From Parcubacteria group bacterium (GTDB lineage: Bacteria; Patescibacteriota; Minisyncoccia; Moranbacterales; UBA11712), in NCBI GenBank assembly GCA_041659685.1, contig JBAZXV010000002.1, positions 39,527-103,526 of the forward strand: a stretch of DNA of 64,000 bases, read 5' to 3'. Shown piece by piece: positions 1-9,625 of the stretch. The number at the start of each line of letters is the position of its first letter. The stretch's first letter is position 1. A program made the translations under genes and the position numbers. Below the pieces are notes generated by a model that saw only the letters and a program-made list of their open reading frames with translations, was not told the DNA's origin and did not search any database.

Positions 1-657
1 AAGGAGTTGCATAGGCAAGGACTATTGCCAACTGATATTACTCACAATGTAAAATCATTCAAGCAAGATAAAAAGCATAAGAAAGACGGCCTAAATAGTG
101 AAGAAATGCAAATTCTTTCTTCGGCGATACACCAATCACCGGCAACACCTGATAATATGTGACTACGAGCTATCCTAAGCCTTCTGGCGCTGCAAGGATT
201 GAGGCAATGCGAAGTTATAAGGCTTGATTTTAAAGATGTCGACTTTATCGCTAAGACCGCGTTTATCACAGGCAAAGGAAGGGATGACAAAGAATTAATC
301 GATCTTCATCCTGAAACAGTTCAGGTGCTAAAGGAATATGTGAAGGCATGCAATATAGCGGATGGGCCGTTATTCGCAAGTCGGAGCAACAACAGCAAGG
401 GCAGACGGTTGACTACAAGGGCTTTGCGGGGGATTGTGCAAGTGTTTCTCAAAGGCTTGGGGATCGAAAAGGTTGTACATGGCTTCCGGCACTACTTCAC
501 GACCACTCTAGTCAAGAATTACAAGGGAGATCTACTTCAGGTTGCTAAATATACAAGACACCGGAGCCTTGAGATGCTTCAAGTCTACAATGACGATATA
601 AAGAGTAAAGATGACCTGCCAAGGTATTATGATGCGTTTAAAGAGATCGTTTTTTAG
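1..657 (+). CDS. Xer-like tyrosine recombinase (5'-truncated by window edge)
   Basis: Frame is open from base 1 (KELHRQGLLPTDITHNVKSFKQ...); motifs GLRQCE, HGFRH, RHRSLEMLQVY; close paralog of 16891-17814. Confidence 0.92.
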
Positions 658-662
658 CTTCA

Positions 663-690
663 ACTTCTCATAATCCTAATTACAGGAAGT
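663..690 (+). other. dif-like recombination site (11-6-11)
   Basis: ACTTCTCATAA-TCCTAA-TTACAGGAAGT; imperfect inverted arms, 5 bp after the recombinase stop; homolog at 18260-18287. Confidence 0.7.
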
Positions 691-853
691 AGGAAAAGTA
701 TGACCAAACAGTCATGCTTTCCAAAACAAAGGAACGTCTTGAAGCGCTCTTTTTTTGTAAATTTTTTATAGAAAGAGAATTAGGCACCCTATGGCATCAC
801 CCCCGCCGGCAGCTTCGGGGCAAAATTAGGGGACCCTATAGTCGTATCGCGCC

Positions 854-894
854 AAAACAAAAAAGGGCTTCCGCCCGCGCAAAAAATAAAAAAG
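854..894 (-). repeat. ~40-bp direct repeat copy A (terminator-like on minus strand)
   Basis: AAAACAAAAAAGGGCTTCCGCCCGCGCAAAAAATAAAAAAG; near-identical to 2666-2705. Confidence 0.8.
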
Positions 895-933
895 GTGCCA
901 CTACTATTTATTGCTAAAATTAAGCATCGCTAA

Positions 934-2532
934 CTAATCCGTATCTAGATGCGGATTGTCCTTGTCGCAATATGTTTCCATAGTGTCATATAACTTCATA
1001 ATTTTTTTCTCGTATGATTGAATTACCTCAAGCAAGGCTTCTCTGTCTGCACGGATTCCCTTTTTTAGTAGCTTGTAAAGATTGTCATTCAGACGTTTAT
1101 TAGATGGATAATAGAAGTTTTGCAATTCTCTCATTTTTTTAAAACTTGGCGTATAGATAACTTGGTTTCCCATTACCATTGAGAAACTCAACCGATACGT
1201 TCTCTTCATAAACTCCCTTGCAATGGAGGACAACTGGTTATCAGAAAGGGCTAACGCTTTATCTTTAAGCTTTTCTTTTATTTTTGCGACATAATCTTTA
1301 AAGTCCTTATTTAGCAGCCACGCCAAATTAAAACAGACTTTTGGCGTTTTTTCTTTTTTAAGCAAATCTTCTCCTAATATCAGCATGCCATCTGTAAGAC
1401 AAAAAAACCGTATTTTTTCGGATGAAGGCGCCATGAATTTCTCCTCCGGCAATATTTTGCTCTCTAAAAAAATGTTTGCATTTTTTGATAGTATGTCCAA
1501 TACAAGTTTGGCGAGCAGTTCTTCTTTCTTATTATTCTCTCGCATTATGACGATAACATTCAAATTAGAAACGCCAGGGATAAAATCATCCCGAAAAATG
1601 CTACCAGTAAGGTAAACCGCACGTAAATTCTCTTTAAAAATTTTAGTTAAAATCTTATCAGCTAATCCAATAATAAATCTATTCGCTGAAGAAATAGAAC
1701 TAAGGCTATATGAGCTTCTCTTTGCTCTAACTAAATCATCTAATTTTAGGTATTCATTTATCAATTCGGCGCCTTTTTTCAAAGTAGGAAATCTGAAGTA
1801 ATTGATTGTGACCCTCGCCACTTCATCTACATTTTTTTCTATGGCACCCAAAGTATCTTTCATTTTATTTGAACCATCAGTCTGCCACAGCTGCACATTC
1901 TCCTCCATTTTTTCTGCAAGTTTCTTTTTACCATATTCACTTAAATGACTTTCGAATTTTGGATCCAACATGGACTTGAAAGAACTAGCACGCATATAGC
2001 TTTCCACCTTTGGAAGCGGATTTTTATAGTGGTGATAATGCGTCCTCTTTTTAAGAGCTTTTGCTATTACTCCATTTTGAGTATTGTCATCCCATTCTCT
2101 CAATAAATTTAGTAGTTTGGGTATTTTTTCTACATTTGGACTCTTGAGTAATCCCCTGAGGGTAGTTTTATTTTCGATTTTTTTCTTCAAGTAGTCCTTC
2201 CTCGGTGTTGCGATCGCTCCGACCATTTGGCAAAGTTTATCTTTTAACTGATGAGTGAGATCAAGAAAGTAGCCTTGATGGTACATGATGTAATCTTCGC
2301 GACTAATGGAGTGGTCTTTCAAAAAAGCCTCCTCCGGTAAACTTGAAACAAAAGACGCCGCAGCCCTTAACTCCCGGATAATCCTTTCAATATCATAAAT
2401 GTATTGTTGCGCTATGTTCCAATGGGAATGACCTTTGGGCACACGCCCCATTGCATAATTTTGGGGCTGCCTTAAATCACCTTTAATGCTTACTAAAATA
2501 AGCGACAGCTTCAATTTTTCAAACCAATTCAT
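934..2532 (-). CDS. HEPN (Cthe_2314-like) domain fused to a degenerate nucleotidyltransferase domain
   Basis: N-half helical with RTHYHH (RxxxxH); C-half VYLTGSIFRDDFIPGVSNLN is a GS...DxD motif with both Asp replaced by Asn. Confidence 0.6.
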   Translation of the reverse strand: MNWFEKLKLSLILVSIKGDLRQPQNYAMGRVPKGHSHWNIAQQYIYDIERIIRELRAAASFVSSLPEEAFLKDHSISREDYIMYHQGYFLDLTHQLKDKLCQMVGAIATPRKDYLKKKIENKTTLRGLLKSPNVEKIPKLLNLLREWDDNTQNGVIAKALKKRTHYHHYKNPLPKVESYMRASSFKSMLDPKFESHLSEYGKKKLAEKMEENVQLWQTDGSNKMKDTLGAIEKNVDEVARVTINYFRFPTLKKGAELINEYLKLDDLVRAKRSSYSLSSISSANRFIIGLADKILTKIFKENLRAVYLTGSIFRDDFIPGVSNLNVIVIMRENNKKEELLAKLVLDILSKNANIFLESKILPEEKFMAPSSEKIRFFCLTDGMLILGEDLLKKEKTPKVCFNLAWLLNKDFKDYVAKIKEKLKDKALALSDNQLSSIAREFMKRTYRLSFSMVMGNQVIYTPSFKKMRELQNFYYPSNKRLNDNLYKLLKKGIRADREALLEVIQSYEKKIMKLYDTMETYCDKDNPHLDTD

Positions 2533-2665
2533 TGTTTTTATATAATGTTTCCATTGTAATAACGGATAACCCCTGGACTTAATATAGGCCTTATTGTGCC
2601 CAAAAACAAGCGTTTTCGGTCAAAATATAAGGTATTTTATTAGTTAAAACCGTAGAATAATCCCT

Positions 2666-2705
2666 AAAACAAAAAAGGCTTCCGCCCGCTCAAAAAACAA
2701 AAAAG
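2666..2705 (-). repeat. ~40-bp direct repeat copy B
   Basis: AAAACAAAAAAGGCTTCCGCCCGCTCAAAAAACAAAAAAG. Confidence 0.8.
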
Positions 2706-2718
2706 TAGTCTCTAACAA

Positions 2719-4314
2719 CTAATCATTAAAAGAAAAAGTTTTTATTGACTTATTTATTCTAGCCTTATTATCATCAGCATCCTTTCCTTTTTCGTATGTA
2801 CCTAAAATTCGATACAACTTATTATCATAAACCGTATAATAGACGCTATCACCTAACCCTCCGAATTCACCGTTTTGTTTTTCGACCGACCAAGCTGTTC
2901 TGTAATAAACAGATTTTTTGTTGTCTATAAAAGCAATGCCTTTCTCCATTATTTTATGATCTGGAAACTTACTCGAAAAATCTGAAACTATACCCTCAAG
3001 ATATTTTTTGGCATTCTCATTGGAAGGATGATTTAAATCAAGCGAAGATAGTTCGTCTTTTTCTTGGCCTAAAATGTCTTTTTTAACGTCCGAATTTTCA
3101 GGTGTTTTATATACTATGACTTTCACAGATGTCATGAAAGAATCTCTTTTTTCTGATTCTATTGAAAAGAAATCCTCTGTTTTGTCGTTTGTATAAAGTT
3201 TCCATTCAATTGGTAGTTTTATACTAAATTTATAATCATCGTTTTTATATATTTTAGCTTCATTATCAGCAAAATCCTCTCTTAGCAAATTTACCAAATC
3301 TTCAAACGGCTGAATTATGCCTAGGTTTTCATAATTGCCATGACTTAACCAAGTTGGAACACCAGCTAAACAAACTTGATTATTAATTTTGGAAACAGCA
3401 AGGCCGCCAGAATTTCCTGAATCTATCTTGGCATCCGTATAAAAATTACCTTCTTCATTTATTCCACTGACGAGCCCTGATGTAATAATCAAGTGATAAT
3501 CTCGAGCTTCATTTTCCAATGTTCCATCGCTACCAGTTTTAAATGCAGCACTTGGGAAACCAAAAATGTAAATTTTATTCCCAACCATTTTATCTTTTGG
3601 ACAAGAAGGATAATTCTTTAGCATCCTATCTCTTAGGGTGAAATCGGTAGTATAAGGTCTTTCCTGCATTTCACCTCCAATTTTTTCAGCATACTTAAGC
3701 AACGCTACATCAAATTTCCCGTCCAAAAAATGACTACTGTCGTTATAATTATAAGTCCTAATCACTTCTTTGCGATTAAAAGAAGCGACACAGGCGTTTA
3801 GGTCTGGATTAGATGAGGCGTCTTTTAATTCAGCCACATGTCCATTTGTTAAAATGTAAGTGTTTTTATAATTAAATTCTTTTTCGTCAAAAGACTTTCC
3901 TTCTAATATATTTTTATCCAAAAGAGTTCCCGAACCAAAGATTGAGCCAAAGGTATTGTCCCCCGATCTTTCTTTACTAAAGCAATGAAGCAAAACTAAA
4001 GATTTAGAAATTTTATCTATTTCTTGACTATTAAGCTCGCCAGTTTGGCTGCTAGGGGAATCATCCCTCGATATTTTTTCGGCACTATTGATTAAGCTAC
4101 TATTAAAAAAATTAATTGGATTTTTAATAAAATAAAGAGAAATTAACGCAACTATTATTATGATGAAAAGCCCTACTGCATACCAGACTATTTTTTTAAC
4201 CTCTCTTTTTCTATGATTATAAGGATTACTTCTGGAAGTTAAATAGCTGCCACAATATTTGCATTTTATTGCCTCGTCTTGAATTTCTTCTGCGCAAAAG
4301 GGGCATTGTTTCAT
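2719..4314 (-). CDS. Membrane-anchored trypsin-like serine protease with N-terminal zinc ribbon and C-terminal PsbP-like domain
   Basis: CPFC...CKYC ribbon, one TM helix, TNGHV / DVALL / DSGNSGG catalytic triad motifs. Confidence 0.8.
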   Translation of the reverse strand: MKQCPFCAEEIQDEAIKCKYCGSYLTSRSNPYNHRKREVKKIVWYAVGLFIIIIVALISLYFIKNPINFFNSSLINSAEKISRDDSPSSQTGELNSQEIDKISKSLVLLHCFSKERSGDNTFGSIFGSGTLLDKNILEGKSFDEKEFNYKNTYILTNGHVAELKDASSNPDLNACVASFNRKEVIRTYNYNDSSHFLDGKFDVALLKYAEKIGGEMQERPYTTDFTLRDRMLKNYPSCPKDKMVGNKIYIFGFPSAAFKTGSDGTLENEARDYHLIITSGLVSGINEEGNFYTDAKIDSGNSGGLAVSKINNQVCLAGVPTWLSHGNYENLGIIQPFEDLVNLLREDFADNEAKIYKNDDYKFSIKLPIEWKLYTNDKTEDFFSIESEKRDSFMTSVKVIVYKTPENSDVKKDILGQEKDELSSLDLNHPSNENAKKYLEGIVSDFSSKFPDHKIMEKGIAFIDNKKSVYYRTAWSVEKQNGEFGGLGDSVYYTVYDNKLYRILGTYEKGKDADDNKARINKSIKTFSFND

Positions 4315-4361
4315 GGGTTTTCCTAGTTAAAGTAAAATACTGCCTCGCTATTTGCTAAAAA

Positions 4362-5168
4362 TTACCAATATCTCGTTGCCTCGATAGCTTTCAAGTCCGC
4401 ATCATATTTTGCTCTTAATGCATCGCAGTCTATTGTAAACTGATTTCGAACCGCTTCGGCTCCACCGGAAAATGTCATGCCCCTATTGTTAAGATCCTCC
4501 ATTGTTGCGTCATAGGCTATCTGCAGTTTTCTTAGATCTCTATTATAATCATTTTCTAACTCCACAATGGATAAATTATAATCTGCTTTATCAAGTTCCA
4601 GCATTTTCGCGGCGTAAGTTGCGGCCTCTTCAGCTTCCCTTAATCTTTTTGCTTCGTCTTGCCTTGCTTGTTCAGCCGCCAAATCCGCTAAGCGCTTCGC
4701 TAAATCTGCTTGTATTTTTGCAAATTCGTCATTCCCCGAAGCAATGATAGGAGCAGTCGGACTGGCGATGATTTTTCCAGTTCTTTTCACTACTTTCGAA
4801 AGTGTTTGCGTAATAGTTCCGTTAGTCGCCTGCACACTCACCGTATTCACCGCCGAATCGAGAGGCACATTATATTTAAATGCGCCTTTTTTATTTGCTG
4901 TCAGGGTTGTTTTCTCTTGTCCGTTCACGCTGATTATCACCGTAAAGTACGCGCCCGTTTTCCCTGTTAGCTTAATTGAAGATTTTTTTGTTTTCTTTTT
5001 TACGCTAACTTTTAATTTAACGGCCTTTGCTTTCTTTTTAAGCGCATTGTAGGTTTTTGAATTTGCTGTGGATGCGCTGGAACTTGGAATCGAAATCGCC
5101 AAGCCGAATAAAAAAACAGCCAAAAAGACTGCGAGGGGAAGGCATACTTTTTTACGAGAGATTTTCAT
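4362..5168 (-). CDS. Secreted protein with Ig-like segment and coiled-coil C-terminus
   Basis: Signal peptide-like N-terminus, beta-rich middle, heptad-rich tail. Confidence 0.65.
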   Translation of the reverse strand: MKISRKKVCLPLAVFLAVFLFGLAISIPSSSASTANSKTYNALKKKAKAVKLKVSVKKKTKKSSIKLTGKTGAYFTVIISVNGQEKTTLTANKKGAFKYNVPLDSAVNTVSVQATNGTITQTLSKVVKRTGKIIASPTAPIIASGNDEFAKIQADLAKRLADLAAEQARQDEAKRLREAEEAATYAAKMLELDKADYNLSIVELENDYNRDLRKLQIAYDATMEDLNNRGMTFSGGAEAVRNQFTIDCDALRAKYDADLKAIEATRYW

Positions 5169-5186
5169 TTTAATTATTTTAAGGAT

Positions 5187-5322
5187 AAAAAAAGGACAAC
5201 CCTACTGGTTGTCGGACCCAACTAGGCAGGTTATGCCCAATTGTTTTAAGCAAGGTTGCCCATTTTCTGGCACAACCCTACTTTTGCTCGATAAAGAAAA
5301 GTTTATTTAGTTGGATCCGACA
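5187..5322 (-). promoter_or_regulatory. Structured 5' leader with alternative terminator/antiterminator
   Basis: 15-bp stem 5210-5224/5308-5322 overlaps hairpin 5195-5213 followed by U7; 11-bp direct repeat at 5196 and 5272. Confidence 0.55.
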
Positions 5323-5413
5323 CTTAAAAAATACCACCTAAATCACAAAAATGCAACTTTTTGAGTTGATTTTTTCCCTTATTTACGGTAAAATAAGAGA
5401 AATTAAGATTAAA

Positions 5414-6199
5414 ATGATGGATATAGTTGAGGTCAAAGAAAAAAAATGGGCGATGCTACTTGTTTTAGCCAGAATGTTAGATTATGAAATATCTGAAGAG
5501 AATGCAATTCTCCCTTTAATTTTAATCAGAGGTGAAACACGCAAGATTAAGAAAAATGTTACTGTAGATGACATAACCTACGAGATTGAAAATAATCTTT
5601 TAGAAAAAATTGTATTTGAATTACAAGTAGAAGGTATAATTCATCCTCCCTTGCTAACTCATAAAGGTTATTCATACTCAATTAGAAATAGAGAAAAGAT
5701 AGGACAAAGAATGGCAGAGCTTAATTCAATGGAGATTACATTGGATAAAATCCGGGATCGCTATGTCAAGAATGAAGCCATTGATAATAAAAAAAGACTT
5801 AAATCAATTCATCTTGTGACTAAATCTGTGGCCGTAGAGAATGTGATATTTCTGGTACTTGACGAAAGATTTGAAATGCCTATTCGTTTTGATACAAAAA
5901 ATCGCAAGGGAGAAGATACTACTATAAAAAAACTCCACGATATTGCGTATTTCGTGAACGCTCCGGGAAAGAGAGTCGGTTATAGCGAAAGGCTTGCTGA
6001 TAATATCAATAATGGGATTTTTAAAAAAAGACCAATTAAGGATTATATGAAAACGAATAAATTTGAAAAACCGACACTCGTGCAAAAATCAGAAGATGGA
6101 AATATTTTAGTTTTAAAAAATGAAATACTGATTAAAACAATGTTAATAAATGCTGTTCCAACGCAATATCAATCGTTGTATAAAGACAAGATAAAATAA
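5414..6199 (+). CDS. Hypothetical protein (possible element regulator)
   Basis: Long ORF divergent from cargo and upstream of the replication operon; start codon uncertain. Confidence 0.6.
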   Translation: MMDIVEVKEKKWAMLLVLARMLDYEISEENAILPLILIRGETRKIKKNVTVDDITYEIENNLLEKIVFELQVEGIIHPPLLTHKGYSYSIRNREKIGQRMAELNSMEITLDKIRDRYVKNEAIDNKKRLKSIHLVTKSVAVENVIFLVLDERFEMPIRFDTKNRKGEDTTIKKLHDIAYFVNAPGKRVGYSERLADNINNGIFKKRPIKDYMKTNKFEKPTLVQKSEDGNILVLKNEILIKTMLINAVPTQYQSLYKDKIK

Positions 6200-6244
6200 T
6201 CGATTTTCCGAATATCGTCCGAGAGAAAGCAGGTTAATAGTCAG

Positions 6245-6270
6245 AATCACCTCGAAAAGGTGGTTTTTTT
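6245..6270 (+). terminator. Intrinsic terminator
   Basis: AATCACCT-CGAAA-AGGTGGTT followed by T-run. Confidence 0.65.
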
Positions 6271-6342
6271 GTTTTGTTATCCGACCGCTCGGATAGATAT
6301 GATTTATGCAGATAGTCAGTTAATCACTCAAATTTAAATTAT

Positions 6343-6564
6343 ATGAAAAAAATAAAAGATCTAAACCAAGCTGCCTTCTTAAAGTTGAAAAAGCTCAAAC
6401 TACTTGGAGAATTGGAATGGTCTGATGATGTCGCTTACTTTGTTTTCGAAGATAATGGCCAAGCTGATCAACTAATTGAAACTTACATTAATAGCGAAGC
6501 TACTGGAAATCTCAAGGAATTTGCTGAAATTCAAAGAAGTTTGAAGCAAATGTTATTTAAATAA
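6343..6564 (+). CDS. Small DUF5659-like mobile-element protein
   Basis: KDLNQAAFL...YFVFED...SLKQML pattern; first gene of the replication operon. Confidence 0.6.
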   Translation: MKKIKDLNQAAFLKLKKLKLLGELEWSDDVAYFVFEDNGQADQLIETYINSEATGNLKEFAEIQRSLKQMLFK

Positions 6565-6589
6565 CTCTTAAAATTAATATTTAAAAAAG

Positions 6590-6883
6590 ATGAAAATTTA
6601 TAATGAAAACCAAATAATAGAAAATCTAAAGAAATGTCCTCATTTCGATTTTTGTTCGCGTAATTTTTGTTCTCTAGATTTGGAGCTTCATTTTAGAAGC
6701 GGACGGGAACAGGATAAGTGTCGGTATATGAGATCGCCTCGATTAACAAAAGTGAAAGATAAGGAATTTATCACGGGAGGAGCCACTATGTCAGACGCGG
6801 TACTTAATTTCGTGCCTAGCGAGAATTTGGAGCGCTTAAACAAAGCTTCTCAAGAGCGTTGGCGAGAACTTAACGAAAATTAA
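6590..6883 (+). CDS. Cys-rich hypothetical protein
   Basis: CPHFDFCSRNFCSLD motif; tightly coupled to the next gene. Confidence 0.6.
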   Translation: MKIYNENQIIENLKKCPHFDFCSRNFCSLDLELHFRSGREQDKCRYMRSPRLTKVKDKEFITGGATMSDAVLNFVPSENLERLNKASQERWRELNEN

Positions 6884-6884
6884 T

Positions 6885-7448
6885 ATGAATATGAAATATC
6901 AACCGCCAAAATTTAGAGATAAAGAACTTTTGGAAATATTCCCAGAGGCTCGAGAAATAATTCCCGAAAAAATAGGGGAATGGAAAATTGAGCTACGCAT
7001 GAATGAGCAGATTATTGAAGATTGCTTGGCTTCTATATATGGACAGGCAACAGATGATTTTTCGATCTGGTTTTCTGAAGAAGCGGCAAAAACTTTCTTG
7101 ATGCCTCCGATCATGGAGGCCGAAAAACACATTTTGCGATTAAAGAGGATGCTATCTATTTTCAGCCCAAGTGGGAAGAGGCTGGAACGCTGGCAGGATA
7201 AAATGGAAATCGCGCGACAGTACCCGATTTATGAGATCGCAAGCGGCAACCTTACGCTAAAACAGTCCGGGGATAAATTTTTGTCCCTTTGCCCATTCCA
7301 CGATGAAAAGCACGCTAGTTTTTTTATCTTTACCAAAACTAACACATTTCATTGTTTCGGATGTCAGGAACACGGCGATGTAATCAAATTAACAATGTAT
7401 TTGCACGGAATCAACTTCAAAGAGGCCGTGAGAATGCTACAAAATTAA
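6885..7448 (+). CDS. CHC2 zinc-finger protein (DnaG-type zinc-binding domain, no TOPRIM)
   Basis: CPFHDEKHASF...FHCFGC...GDVI at C-terminus. Confidence 0.85.
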   Translation: MNMKYQPPKFRDKELLEIFPEAREIIPEKIGEWKIELRMNEQIIEDCLASIYGQATDDFSIWFSEEAAKTFLMPPIMEAEKHILRLKRMLSIFSPSGKRLERWQDKMEIARQYPIYEIASGNLTLKQSGDKFLSLCPFHDEKHASFFIFTKTNTFHCFGCQEHGDVIKLTMYLHGINFKEAVRMLQN

Positions 7449-7449
7449 T

Positions 7450-8517
7450 ATGAATATTGAAGAAAAAAAGTTTGAAGAGATTAAAAATGAGGTCAAAAGC
7501 AAAGAGCATTTGAAGGACACTTTCAAGGCGATCAGCTTGAACCAGCTTTACTCCATGGAATTTCCAGCGAGCAAGTGGGTAATTGAAAAACTCATCCCAC
7601 ATGAAAGTATAACTATTATTTCCGGCGCTCCGGCGAGCTTCAAGTCATGGCTAATCCTAAGAATGGCTTTAGATATTGCCAAGGGAGAAAGCCTACTGGG
7701 TCAATTCAAATGCGAGAAATACAAAGTTCTAATTATCGATGAAGAAAATCATTTGCGTTTAGTCCAAGATAGGTTAAAGCGTTTGGGAGCTGAAGACAAT
7801 CTTCCTATCTTCTTTTTATCTCAAAAAGGATTTTTAGTTTCCAAAAAGGGAATGATCGAAAATGTGCTAGAGATATGCGGACAAGAAGAAATCGATGTTA
7901 TTTTTATTGATTCACTAGTTAGGATCAGTAAAGCGGAAGAAAATGATGCTTCCCAAATGTCAGAAGTTTTCAGAGGCATTAAGCAATTTTGCCAGAATGG
8001 TAAAACAGTAATTATTACTCATCACGAACGAAAAGAAGGCGCGGTAAAAGGTACTGCGCAAGCTAGATTAAGGGGATCTTCAGATATACAAGCCTCTGTT
8101 GATTGCCATTTGGCACTTCGAAGAGATAAAAATGATAAAACTAAATTAGTGGTAGAGCAAGCCAAGCTTCGAACAGATGAAGAAGCCGAATCATTTGAAG
8201 TGGCTGTTCAGAAGGTTGAAGGAAAAACAGAGTTTAGCTTTCTCGGCATGTATTCAAAAGACAAAAGCAAAATGGAGACAGCTAAAGAAATTATCCAATC
8301 TGTTTTGGAAGAAGAACAAGATGGGCTGTGCAGAAAAGAAATATTCCAGCGCGTGAGGGAGATTGAGAACATTAATGATAAGAGCATCAGAGAGGCCATC
8401 GAATACCTTTTGAGTGAGAAAATTATACTGGAAAAGAAAGGAGAAGGAAACACAAAAATATGTTATCTCGCAAAGTTTTATCAAGAAGAAATAGATCCGC
8501 AAGAAGCCTTAATCTAA
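7450..8517 (+). CDS. AAA_25 / RepA-like RecA-fold helicase with C-terminal winged helix
   Basis: Walker A GAPASFKS, Walker B IFIDS, HHERK, RGSSDI motifs. Confidence 0.85.
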   Translation: MNIEEKKFEEIKNEVKSKEHLKDTFKAISLNQLYSMEFPASKWVIEKLIPHESITIISGAPASFKSWLILRMALDIAKGESLLGQFKCEKYKVLIIDEENHLRLVQDRLKRLGAEDNLPIFFLSQKGFLVSKKGMIENVLEICGQEEIDVIFIDSLVRISKAEENDASQMSEVFRGIKQFCQNGKTVIITHHERKEGAVKGTAQARLRGSSDIQASVDCHLALRRDKNDKTKLVVEQAKLRTDEEAESFEVAVQKVEGKTEFSFLGMYSKDKSKMETAKEIIQSVLEEEQDGLCRKEIFQRVREIENINDKSIREAIEYLLSEKIILEKKGEGNTKICYLAKFYQEEIDPQEALI

Positions 8518-8559
8518 AACGGCAAAACGGCAGTATATATATACATTGCCAAATTGCCG
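8516..8559. other. Putative replication origin / operator palindrome
   Basis: AAAACGGC x2, then GTATATATATAC, then ATTGCC x2; lies between helicase and integrase. Confidence 0.45.
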
Positions 8560-8568
8560 ATTTAAAAA

Positions 8569-9507
8569 ATGAATCAGGATAATCTCGTCAAAATTGAAGA
8601 ATGTTTTCGAAACGCCAGTATCACTGACGAGCTTTGTCTTGCTTCCATAAAAAAATATACGAGTTCAATGAGAAAGTTTTTTGCAGTTATCGGCGACAAG
8701 AAGCTGGAAGATTTAAGTAATGAAGATATTGATAATTTTATAATTAAAATGAAAGGAGGTATTGATAATTCAACAATTAGAAGCGTAATTTATGCAGTCA
8801 AATGGATTGTAAAAAGCATGCAGAATAGGAGGGTGGTTTTTCAGCACTTAGATTTATTATTAATTAAACAACCCAAAATTATGAAAAAAGAAGTCAATTA
8901 TCTCACGGAAAATGAGATCGAGCAATTCATAAATTGTATCAAGAAAGATATTGATAAAAGGGAGACTGTGAAAAAAATCAGGTTTATGGCTTTTGTGATG
9001 TTGCTTTTGCAAACGGGGGCAAGAATTGGAGAAGTATTGTCTATAAATATTGAAGATATAAACAGGCAAAATAAAGAAATTCCGATTATTGGAAAAGGAA
9101 ATAAACCCGGGACGCTATTTTTGAGAGACGAGACAATAAATTGGATCATTAAATATCTATCAGTAAGAGGGGGTAATAACAAAGCATTATTCACTACCCT
9201 TAATGGAGAATCGCGATGGGAGCAAACAGATGCAGGCCGGTCTTTTAGGAGATACAGGAAAATGTCGGGGATAGCGAAGAAATTTACTATTCATACTCTA
9301 CGACATACCTTTGCCACCCATCTTTTGCAGGAAGGAAAACCACTGCCTACAGTTCAGGCCGCATTAAGGCATTCCGATCCGATGACGACACTTAGATTTT
9401 ATTCCGGCGCCGTTGAGAAAGCTAAAGTCAAAGAAATGATCAACGACCGACATTTTGATTTTATCCCACAGTCAGCCCTGAAAGCTGAGCCAAAAGTGGA
9501 TATATAG
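8569..9507 (+). CDS. Tyrosine recombinase/integrase
   Basis: TGARIGE, GKG, HTLRH, LRHS...TTLRFY. Confidence 0.93.
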   Translation: MNQDNLVKIEECFRNASITDELCLASIKKYTSSMRKFFAVIGDKKLEDLSNEDIDNFIIKMKGGIDNSTIRSVIYAVKWIVKSMQNRRVVFQHLDLLLIKQPKIMKKEVNYLTENEIEQFINCIKKDIDKRETVKKIRFMAFVMLLLQTGARIGEVLSINIEDINRQNKEIPIIGKGNKPGTLFLRDETINWIIKYLSVRGGNNKALFTTLNGESRWEQTDAGRSFRRYRKMSGIAKKFTIHTLRHTFATHLLQEGKPLPTVQAALRHSDPMTTLRFYSGAVEKAKVKEMINDRHFDFIPQSALKAEPKVDI

Positions 9508-9537
9508 TAAAAGGATCAACTCAATAGGCATTTCTGA

Positions 9538-9564
9538 AAAACAAGCTTGTAATAGGCTTGTTTT
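9538..9564 (+). terminator. Intrinsic terminator-like hairpin
   Basis: AAAACAAGCTTG-TAA-TAGGCTTGTTTT. Confidence 0.55.
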
Positions 9565-9625
9565 GCTTTACTTTGCAGCTTTTTAGCAGTAAGATAAGTT
9601 TATATAAGGGATTATAGGATAATCT

